Positions 23,860-35,200 of a stretch of 64,000 nucleotides of DNA are shown in pieces. The stretch comes from Lingula anatina. Lineage: Eukaryota > Animalia > Brachiopoda. The translations under genes and the position numbers were made by a program. Position 1 is the first letter of the stretch, and each line of letters begins with the position of its first letter. The DNA is taken from contig CM120644.1 in the NCBI GenBank assembly GCA_051362555.1, forward strand, positions 7,448,954 to 7,512,953, in the 5' to 3' direction. The notes under the pieces are model-generated. The model saw nothing but the letters and a program-made list of their open reading frames with translations. It had not been told where the DNA came from and searched no databases.

Positions 23860-24696
23860 TTTAATGACAAATTTTGGTGATTTTCACTTCTTCATTCTGC
23901 AGGCCTAGGGCGGATGGGGGTCCTCGAACAAAAACAATCAACAACTTACTTGGGACACCTCCCGTTTAGTTTAAAACCCAGCGACATAGCAAAACCTGTT
24001 GTGTATTCAAGCTCTACACATAGTAGAATAAATGACGTTTAACCCAGTTTCGGTAGCGATTAGCTAGATTTTTGCTAGTTCTCTCAAACATGGCTCGTTT
24101 TTACAGATTTGATCTCGCTACTGTTCGACTCCATTTGCATTGTTGGCGCCAGTGGCTCTGCAGCCAAGTCGAAAATATGATTATATTTGGTCATACGCAA
24201 ACTAAATAAAATAAGAAATAGCTAAAAAATTATAAATAATATTCAGAAATATCGAATGTTTATAATTTAAAATATACCACATATTTAATTTTGTTTATTT
24301 TATGGCACTAGGACCGCATCCAAAATTTAATTTTATAGAGGTCGCGTCAAAACCAGAAAGCCCACAGTCTTAATTCTGGAGAGGGGCAAATTCAAAACGT
24401 GCGTTAAAACGTTTAAAGGTCATTAAAAATTATATTGCTGTAGGTTTTGTACATGCTTTACCTTGGTGACCGAGTAAAAGTGTTGAAGAAAGTTACTAGT
24501 AAGCTTTTGCTGTTTGACTGCTTGGTTGTGCTTTAGAGTTTACTGAAAATGGTCACGTGACAAAATAGGTCATTTAATTAGGTCAAAGGGAGGGAGCAGA
24601 TAAGCATGAGTCTACACATGCTTCTATTCTCACATATCTCAGAGGAAAGGCAAAGACAAGGGACATTCTCTTTTGCAAAATTATTTTGTAACAGTT
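23860..24696. promoter_or_regulatory. Putative bidirectional promoter between DBF4 and the P4H-like gene
   Basis: The two divergent start codons are about 840 bp apart in a locally CpG-richer region. E2F-like TTGGCGCC at about 24143 and palindromic E-box GTCACGTGAC at 24552-24561. Confidence 0.6.
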
Positions 24697-27171
24697 ATGG
24701 CGAAATCTGTTCAGAGACGTGGAAAAGCTGACGGAAGACAAAAGCAGCGCCAGGAAACACAGTCGACTCCTTCCTCCAAAAACAAAACAAACATATCTGA
24801 CACAGGGGACCAAAAGGCGAAATATGTGATGTTTTCACTAGGACTGTGTATCATTTTAGGACTGATTTTACAGCCATATGTTTCTTCATTCATTGGTACC
24901 CTGAAAAGCGTCCAAAATGAAAAGACTGATGAAACAGCAGAAGTGAAAAAAAGCAAACCCCAACCGAGTTCAAGCAATGGACAAAGTATCTCACCTAAGT
25001 CTCAGACCCAGTCAAGCTCAAAGACCTCTAAAGCACCAAGTCAGGATCAGCTACCAGATGAAGTAAAAAATTTTAAACCAACAATTTTAGACGCACTTGT
25101 TGCCAAGAAGATATTTGCTGATGGTCGGCGTATACCCCCAGTAGAGTTGTTACATCAGAAGACCACCAATAGCACTGTGAAGTTAGTACAGTTTGTCAGC
25201 CTGAGAATGTTTTAATCACAATATTTTTTACCCTTTTAGTTATTTATGTGGTCATGGTTGGGGCATGGGCTCCCTGAATCTGCCAATGGAAACAGACGAA
25301 ATTTAAATTCACACAAATTTTAGTCGACAGTAACAAAACTTTACTTATTTTCTAATTTTTATCATTGTATGTGAAATTTACCAGTCTCTATATATCCTTT
25401 ACAAGAGGGGCTTAAAAACAGAAAAAGAATGCAAAAACTTTCACAAGTGTTTTGGAAATCCATTTAAGGTACTGATGATAAAGGGGAAATAACTGTTACA
25501 GTACCAAGTAAATTCCAACTAATTATTTGCATTAAGGTCAATCACTCTTTGTCTTTAAACTACTCTTTAAACTACTACTAGTACATTAATTATTCCAGGG
25601 TCTACTTATTCAATGATTTCCTATCAGAAGCGGAATGTGACGGTCTACGTAAAGCACATGACAGTCATGTGGCTGCTGCTACGGTGGACCCCATTGTTTG
25701 TTTTGACAGTATCACCACACTGCGAAGACACCTGAAAGATGCCAAGAAGAAAATCAAAGTTTCCCCCAAGGATTTCACTTCTGGTAACATTAGACAGCAC
25801 CCTAAGTTTTTAAGGGCACTATCTAGAAAGTCGTCATTCTAGCACTATACTTATTGTATGCCTCCTCTTTCTGTCTTTAAAACTCGGGTTGCATGGTTGC
25901 CACATGTATATCACAGGTCATTAAGCATGCACATGTATGCTCCTGAATGAGTTGTGATACAGAACATGAACCATAATACCATTGTTTACAGCATCTCACT
26001 GTCTCACAGAACAGACATTAAAATAGCTTATTGTGATACCATAGGGACATTTAATTGATTCATGGCACATCGTTAGATGTAAGAATAATTTATACTTTAA
26101 TGCATGCATACGTTTTCATCCACCTTTGCCAGGAGAAGGTTTTTGTCAGTTAATCCGTGGAATTCTTTTACAATTCACAGGAACAACATGTTTGAATGAG
26201 AGCTTTTCACGAGACTTCAAGGCGTTTACTAAAGGCAACTGGAGCTTCAGCACAGCGTTCTACCCAGGGGAGAGCAAGTTTTCCAAGGTGTTTGAGCACC
26301 GTGTGGAGCAGGCCACAGCTTTGAAGAAAGAAAATGGAGGAAAATTTCAAATAACCTCTTATCCACTTGGAGTAGGTGAGTATGTGCATATGAATGCTTT
26401 TGTTTCAAGCAGATTTTTGAGACATTTATGATTTATGTCATCTTTTGCAATATAAATGTCTTCATTTCAGGTGATGTTCAATTTGAAGATCAGAAAAGGC
26501 AAAAAACATGTTCTGCAATCCAACAATAATACTTTGAAATTTCTAATCCTTATTTTAATGATCCCCACAGGGTATAAAAAGCACACAGATTGTTTAGTTG
26601 GCAGTCAAGAAAAGAGGGACAGATTTGCAACGATATTAGTATATTTGCAAGATGTGGAAAAGGGAGGAGAGACAAAATTTCCAGGTAATAAAGTGCCAAT
26701 TAAGATGACTTAGTACTTGTGTATGTTTCATCTGGTTAAGATGAGTGCATGAGTGTGATAAGTGATTTACTAAAACTGTTGCTTTCAACCCTTACATTTT
26801 AAATAAGAATTTTGTGACAGGAGTTGTGTAAAACACTTAAAGATTCCAAACAGAAAAGATTACTGTTTGGTTACAGAATTTCATTAAGATTGTTAGCTGT
26901 CATCAGCATTGAGTTTTATTGTTTTATTGTCTTATTAAATCTAATTGTATTGTTTTGAGTAATAGCAATTTGAGTACTGTATTATTCTTGTTCTGTTAGA
27001 ATATATTTTAACATGTTCCAGAGTTGGGGATTTGGGTGCGTCCCAAGAAAGGTCGAGCATTGGTGTGGACCAACATGGACACTAAGGGTAACTGTGACCC
27101 CCTCAGTATCCATGACGCAGCCATAGTAGAGGATGGTCACAAGTATATACTTCAGAGATGGTGAGTGCCAC

Positions 27172-27206
<35 letters not shown>

Positions 27207-27614
27207 GATAATAGATAATACTTCTAAAATCTTATCATGTTTATGGACTGTGGCCGCATTCACATCGAGTTGAGCCATGGCTCTACAAAGCCACGAACTA
27301 AACATGGCAGATGTACATGAAAGGAAAACCGCCTAATCTTTTCATAGGCTCTCCACCTCTCACACGCCTCCCCATGTGTCATCCCAATGGAGCCGAGATG
27401 TAATGACTGTACCCCCGCAGGGACGATGCATGGGGAGGCGTATGAGAGGCAGAGAGACTATTAAAAGATTAGGCGGTTTTCCTTTCATGTACCTCCACCA
27501 TATTTAGTTCGTGGCTTTGTAGAGTCATGGCTCAACTCGATGTGAATGCAGCCTGTGATTTAATTTTATCTCTGCCAAGAAAGTAATGTTTTTGCAGGTG
27601 CTGGTTTCTCTGTC

Positions 27615-27645
<31 letters not shown>

Positions 27646-28334
27646 TCAACATTACGGAAAAAAGGTTGTGGATGGATTTTGAAAAAGACAGAAATATGCT
27701 TATTTAGATTGATTAATTTTTATAGGTGATTCATCAGTTGATTAAGTAATCAATTTATAATGAAGAAAAATTAGCTGCATTAGCAGAGGTTTGCACTCTC
27801 CAAGCGCTTTGCTAGTTATGCAATATATTATTAGGGGAATGGCATGAAAACAAAGTTACTAAATCTGAGTCCAAACCTTTTTAAAATGCCTGAGTATTAC
27901 TGTGGGATAGCAATGTGTGAAGTTTCATTGAATTATGGACAGTCTTTGAAAAACTAAAATTTGTCTTGGACATTTTGTAATCCATTGAATTATAATGTGC
28001 ATCTTTTAAGGTAATGAAAATTTGATTTTTTAACCATCTAGTATTATACAATTCTCTCATTGCATTGCAACAGGTTTTACTGCAAGTTTGGGCCTTTTCT
28101 TATCCACTCAATAGAACACAAATTTCACGTGAAATTTTACTTTGAAACAGGTATTACTACAAGAGCTTTTACTCCCTGGGGAAGAGACCCCCAGAACCTC
28201 CCCTCCCCGCACGGGCGCCTGGCACACCACGCGTGACATGTGATGAGTATGAGCAGGGTAGCTGTCGCTGGTACGATGAGTGGAACTTTGAACATGTGTT
28301 AGAATATGAGCGACAGAAGCACATCTTAATTTGA
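24697..28334 (+). CDS. Type II membrane prolyl 4-hydroxylase-like 2OG-Fe(II) dioxygenase, about 433 aa
   Basis: Exons 24697-25181, 25599-25783, 26181-26375, 26571-26684, 27022-27160 and 28151-28334 give 1302 nt in frame. TM anchor YVMFSLGLCIILGLIL. P4H motifs: VYLFNDFLSEAECDGL, YKKHTD (HxD), RFATILVYLQDVEKGGETKFP, VRPKKGRALVW and SIHDAAIVEDGHKY (distal His and 2OG-binding Lys). Confidence 0.9.
27252..27553. mobile_element. Fold-back MITE (Harbinger-like GGC...GCC ends) in the last P4H intron
   Basis: Inverted arms of about 135 bp around a ~35-bp loop. TGT is duplicated on both sides (27249-27251, 27554-27556). Confidence 0.8.
27565..27817 (+). mobile_element. Short HINE/DINE-1-like Helentron relic
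   Basis: 5' TTATCTCTGCCAAG...TGTCTG. 3' subTIR TAGCAGAGGT, hairpin GCACT-CTCCA-AGCGC and terminal CTAGTT. Confidence 0.65.
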
Positions 28335-29142
28335 TTTTGAACTGCAAGATTTTTAGACATCCAGTTGAAATAATTTATAGACTAATTTTTGAATAATTAT
28401 ACTTTGTTATATTATAAGTACCATTATAGTCATGGTAATTCATCTGTTGACACCAATAGTCTTGAAATAATGTGAAAATTTTTGTGTATATATATATATG
28501 TGTGTGTGTGTTAATTTGTGATCTGTACTTCAATGTAGCTGTTAATTTGTGGTTTATGATTTTTAGAGTTTTTTTAAATATATAAATGAAAAGTACACAT
28601 TCCTGGACATAAGACAAAAAAACACAAACACACCTGGTGTTTTTATAATGCATATCATCTCAGAAAAAGTACCAAATGAAAGCATTATTATGCAGAATTT
28701 AGTGCTGCAGGGAAAGGGGTATTGATTTGCCTAAGCATTTATTATAAATATTTTATTTATGAGGATTTATATTGATGGAAAGGAAACATAGAACTTCATA
28801 TGTATGAACTGTAATTGTTCTGTTTACACACTTATAAGTTGTCATCTTTTAAGTTTTTTTTTTAATTAAGTTACATTTTTGTGCCAAATTAATTTTGCAA
28901 AAAATGCACTTCTTTATATTTTATTTCTGCAATATTTCTTAATGTATCAAAAGCAGGGTTCCTAAAGTAATATCCAAGAACTTGAATATTTAGTCTGTAT
29001 GATATAAATAAAGCGCATAATTTCAAATATTATTTTAGACAAATAAATGAAGTTATGGATGGTTTATTCCACTTCAGATTTTTATTTTATTAGTTATGAT
29101 TGATTAATACATTTTCTGTCAATTATGCTAGAGTTGTTAATG

Positions 29143-29143
<1 letters not shown>

Positions 29144-29175
<32 letters not shown>
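29144..29175 (+). repeat. Poly-G run (32 nt)
   Basis: Direct homopolymer. The length may be unreliable in an assembly. Confidence 0.9.
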
Positions 29176-29176
<1 letters not shown>

Positions 29177-32100
29177 GTTATCACCCATCCTACAGTAGGG
29201 CATGTGCAGTGTGACATCCACCATTGAAAATCCTAAAAACACCATCTACTCTCTACCCCTGCCCCTTTTATTATTTTTTTAAATACTGCTTAGTATGTTC
29301 TATTTGAAAAGACTGTTATTACAAATCCTAACCAATGGAGTTGTAATTCCATGACATTGCAATGGTCAACCTGTTCAGGGTTAAAAATCATGTTTTCCTA
29401 CTTGGCACCATATATTGTGCAAAATTCAAATGCTACTGTTTGACTGGCCACACAATGTACCTCACCCAAGCCCAAAGCTACCGATTCATTGCCAGCTTTC
29501 AATTATCAGCGACTCTTAGCCTAACGAGGCACTACAGTTTTCTGGCTTCACTGGGTGCCATGGTTTTGTTTTTATTTTATTTTTATTTATTATTATTATT
29601 ATTATTTTAATATTTGGTCCCAATGGAATGACATCAGGAAGTACTGGGTGGATTTTGTCAATAAATTGATTCAACACATAATGCCAACAAAAACTGAATG
29701 CACTATAACTCATTTGTATAGGTCTGATGTATTTATTTACATATTAATGAAGTTCAAAAGATTAAACATCATCAAGCATCAACTGATGCAGAAATTCCAT
29801 CTGATCATTTTGAGAGGGCTAACACCATTACTGTCATTGTCAGTAACATTAGCAAACATCGGCTGCAATACTGTAACAAAGGAACCGCTTTATTTTGCCT
29901 CTGTTCGTCTTAATACCAAGAGCTTACAATATTACCATCAATGTCAGTAATGCCATCATTATCATGAAAAAGTTTCATAGATGTCTACAATGTTGCCTCT
30001 CGTCCTCTCGTAACTCAGAACAGCCTTAAGCAAATTCATACATTTTTCTATCCAAAGGATAAAAAGATAAAACCTTTGGCATTATTTTTTTTTCTTACTT
30101 TTTTCTTTGAAAATACAATTTTAACATAAACATATAGAAATACATACAAATGTACAATGTTGAGTAAACAGTAAATATTAAGGATGATAAAAATCTAATA
30201 CATAACAAGTAAAATATGGAGGAGGGGAGGGGGGTCTTTACAAACTGGCTTTTCAAAAGCTCACTATCGATGAATGAACTGTTTATGTGATAAAACAAAT
30301 ATGAAGGCTACATACACTACTCAGCACTGATGCAACATGGAAAAATGGTTAAAAGACCGCTTATTAGGTATGACATTGTGTTAGCTGTCAGGTACAACAG
30401 CGAGTTGTTTGTAACAGTATTTTATGTGTGCCAGTGTGTTACCTATTACAGTATGTTAGGTGTGACTGTGTACTATGACACTGCTTTGTAATGTTCACCT
30501 TGCACACCAAAATTTGTCTGGGCAAATGTCTTTGCTTTGCCTAGTGACAGAATATTTTGATGAAAACCTGCAGTGTTTGGGTGTGATTATTTCTGGAATA
30601 GACTGTATTAGGTGCGCCAGGATGTTGGTCTCCTGTTGGCATGCCAATTTAAGGTGCTCTTGCAGCATGTTCTCAGAGTATATCTATCTATATATATTTA
30701 TCACTCAATATTCTCAAAGAAGACCCGGTTAATACACCCAACTAAGCAGCATTTCATACCTATTAAAGTTAAAACCTTAACCTAGTATTCCAAGAACTGG
30801 CAGCTTCATATAAACAGGAAAAAATAACAGCCATAAAAAAGAACCACAACAGTTTTTCCCCTCTACTCTCCTTAGCCAGCAAATTCAGTTAAATAAGGCA
30901 TATAATTGAATTCAAAGTACTACACAATGAACTGTGTGAAATTTTGCATAAAACAATTCCTACCTTTAAATCAAAGTACAGTTTTTTAATTAGAGAAACT
31001 GCAGTCGCATAATTCAAGAGTTCAATTCCTTCATGAGTTTTATCGATTCTTTTCACAGAAGCTTAGGCTTCCTTTAAATCTGTCCCTGAGATTCTACAAG
31101 TTCAATGACATGCCTGCTAGTAATGAAAATCTGCCTTAGTTGACTCACACTACCATATCAGAAATATTAAAGCAAGTAGCAAAGCCATGCCAAACATCTG
31201 AAGCAATGGGTAAATGAAACTACTTTTAACAGTAAAGGAAAAAATCACAAATACTCCTAAAAATGTATCAATATTAATGATAAAAATTCTTAATTTTTTT
31301 AGACAAGCCTATACTCTTTTCAAGTCGATATAATGCTCTGTTAAATATTGTTTTAAAACAAATCCATTCCTTCCTCCTGTTACAAATGCTCCTGACGGAT
31401 AGTCGCACTGCACCAATCCGTCCGCTCCCACATAATGGCAGTCACATAAACAAATAGCACTGGTAAGGAAACAAAATCTCAGAAATCTTCTAGGCATCAA
31501 CAAACACCCCCTGTATGTGTTCCATTCAAATATTCCTCAAAAATGAAAGCCTGTCCACAAAAGAGTTCATCTGAGCCAAACTGAATTAAATAGCAACCAG
31601 CACACATATGGAACTGTTCCTTAGCGGTTTGTCAAGTCCGACAATTAGAATAAAATTTCATCGGTCAGCAATAAGCAATAACAAGTTCGCAAATGTTCAC
31701 TGTCACAAATTCCTTCCCTCAAGGATCACAATCCAAAGTAACTGGGAAGAAAATCTGAGAAAAACTTTTTACTGTCTGTCTGTGCTGAGATTACAAACCA
31801 TTTTGTGTCTAAGAGAGGTTTTTGTCTATGTCTCACTGTTCTGTGAAAACTTCACAATCAAGTCATTACCTCAGCCTCATTATACTTCATACAAGTTATT
31901 ACGAGTTTCGCACTCAAACAAGTACCTTTAAAACTCATGAGATCCAATTGTTTTTATAGACAGCAAACTACTGACTAAAGAACGCAAGTAGTAGGCCTCT
32001 TCCACTAAAGCGGGAGTCTCTTTTATGTAGTATATCCCACGAAAGTTTGTGCAATCACCTGTCCACAGCTTTTGAAAATCTGTCGATGTGTTTGAAAAAA

Positions 32101-32274
32101 AAAAAATCTTCCCTCAAATTCTTAAGACAAATCTTTCCCAGTGTGTTCAACCTCTGAGATCTCACCAAAGCAATCAATCAGTACCGCCGACTTCAAAAAG
32201 TTCTCAGGATTATTGTGCAAACAAAAATATAATGCGTTGCGAGGTTTCTTTTCCTATTCCTCGTAGGCGAAAAA

Positions 32275-35200
32275 TCACTGACTCTGGATGCCTGTGCCCA
32301 GAGGATTCTGAGACATGACTGGAGAAATGACGGCAAACTCAGGGGCAGTGGGAAACTTGAGAGGACAGAATGCTGAGCTGTCGCTGACTTTCAGAGTGAA
32401 CTTCTTGCATGGATCCAGCAAAGGCTCCTTCACCATGGGTGGCATAGGTGGCGCTTTCCTGAAAAACAAGAAAATACAGCCTGATGTTTAGCATGTTACT
32501 AATGTTTTTTTCTTTTTCTTTATTTCTAAACTGGGAATTTAGATATTTCTCACGTGAATGTTCTCCATGTTACTTAATATTCTTTTTTTATCATTATCAT
32601 TTTTCACCTTGGTTTTCAAATGCCGTGGCATATTTAAGCTTATATAAGGTTTGGTAAAATGTTTTAAAAATAATATTAATTGGTATCAAAAGATTTTATA
32701 TACACAATTTTTTCATGAGTTATGTTCAAAAGGTTGTTATAGTCGAAGATACTATACATATAAATATATATATACACACATGTGTAAGACTAGGTATCAT
32801 GCTGAAACATCGAAGTTCAAACCCTCACCTTGTTTCATCCAACAAAGGAACCTTTTCACAACCATCTGGGGGCTCCCTGACAAATTGATAGGACTTGTTT
32901 GGTCTGGGGCTGGCTGCATACTTAGACTGGGGATCTGGACTGCCAGGGTCAAGGTCAACTGAAACAGAGGCAATAGGTCAAGGTCAACTAAACAAAGAGT
33001 CCAGGTTAACTGAAATGGAGAAATCAATGACAGCAATTTTACAGAATAAAATCACCAATTTTTGTGTACATAAGCCTCTAATAATGTGGGGACCGAATTT
33101 GTGTAATTGTCTTTTACCACAAAATTTAACCCGCTTTGGATAATCGCTTTAACAGTTGTAAGTTAAGCATCTGAAGTCTTTGTTAGCAGAGCTGGTGAAA
33201 ACTTATAAGAACAACTTGACAGACCACATCTATTTGTGACTCATACCATCATATCAACAGATTGTGCTGATTGCTTTCCATAATATATCATTTGCAACAA
33301 GCTGCAAATTGAGACTGAATAAAAATAAATGGTATTTTGCTGTCCAGAAAATGTGATCATTTATCATATTACATAATCAAATTGCAACATCCATCTTGTT
33401 TCAGTTTCTGTGGGTGTGCCTAGGCATGTTGTAACATGAGGATCTCAAGCCTTGCCTTTAAGCAAAATATTAAGAGCTGTTTTGTTATTCAATACTTAAA
33501 CTAGAGGATCAGAGATTAAAACCATGAGTACCACCAATGCTTTGCTGGTGGTAAAATAATGCAATAACCTTGGGCATTCTACTACAGAGAACCAGCACAC
33601 TGCCACACCTACCAGACATCTGAAAACACATAGTACACTGTAGCCAGACCTACCTTTATCCACTTTGCTGCCGTCAGATGTATTCTCTGTTGAGTCGTTC
33701 TGACTGGAAGGTCGAGACGAGTCCATCTGTCCAGGAATTATGGGAAATGATGGACTTATTGACTGGGAGCGGCTTCCGCCTCCACTGCTATTCCCACTGT
33801 CATTTTCATTCACCACAGACGGTGTTTGCGTGTTGACACTGCGAGTGCCACTGGCAGCACGGAGAAGTTCTGCAATGGGTGCGCGATGACCATCAGGGGT
33901 CGTGTCCTGATTCTGTGCGGCATTCGCTGCAGGCTGCACCTGGAGAACACAGGTGAAATAAATATGGGAGAGAAACCAGGTGAAAATGACAGGTAAAAAA
34001 ATCAAAGAGACAAAAGACGAACAAGAACTGCTAAAATAACATATTTGCCATGAACTGCTCATTCTTTAGTCAATGCATTCAGAAAGTTTCCACAATGATT
34101 GATTTCCACAATATGAGATTGTTGTCTCAACTAAACAATTTTACTGCATTTGGTTTTATACTTATTAAATTTCAATATAATAAAAATCATATACCATAAA
34201 AATTATGAAAAAAATCCAACAAGGCAGAACACAAACCTTTTCCTCTTCATCTGTACCTTGGATGAAGAATCCCTGAGATTTTAGGACAAGTCGCTCAATT
34301 TCCTGGAAAAAAAATCACAGACAACAATTACGCATATTTCAATGAATTGAGGCAACATTCTGAAACTCAGCAATTTACCCTCGAAAAAATTATTTTTCTA
34401 AGCAAACTAACAAAATAGTAAATTTATGATAAGTTAAATGAAAAAGTTTTTTAAAAAGTTGGAAAGACATTGCTGAATGACTGAAATCCCAATTATGTAG
34501 GCATTGCATGGCCCTTCAATCTTTTAGCATCACTAATGATATGTGCTGGGTGATAGGAACAATGACAAAGTCAGAGATAAAAGTGGACCTTTTGAAAAAA
34601 AAATCAACAGCCCATGAACAGGGAGTGTGAGGTCTGCTGGGCATAAATACAAACTACATAAACCCAAAACAACCTGATTTCCTGATATTAAATTCTGCAG
34701 ACTTTCTTCTCTTGACAGAGCACTTGTTAAGAGAAGTAAGGCCCCATTCAGAATAGGGGACTAACTAGTCCCAGGGGTCAAATATGGCCGACCCACTTGA
34801 ATACTTCCCCACAGGATATCTATTCAGTGGCTATTAGCAGATTAGATGACAAGCTTTGTAGTGGGTCACCATATTTGACCCTGGGACTAGTTAGTCCCCT
34901 ATCCTGAATGGAATTTAAGACAAATACCTGATTTAAGCCTTCTACACTCCCCCGCACCCTGGGCACCGCAGCTTTAGGAATGTGGGTGACAGGGATGGGT
35001 ACAGGCTTGGAAACTAAAATTGGCGGAGGGTTTGTCAACGCTGCGTGGTTGCCATGGATAGGGCTTTGTCGCGGGTTGGGCATCTTGCTCTTCTGAAGTC
35101 TTTGTTTGTAGAGCTGAAAGAGAGGCAGAGGAGGATCGTGTTAGACTATACGTGTGACATGACACTGTTGGCTAAACATCTGAAGCCTTTGTTAGCAGAG

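Noticed and set aside
25391-25402. ATATCCTTT inside P4H intron 1 (also at about 4968) as further U12 donors
   Set aside because: They lie inside introns already explained by in-frame GT-AG sites and have no matching exon boundary.
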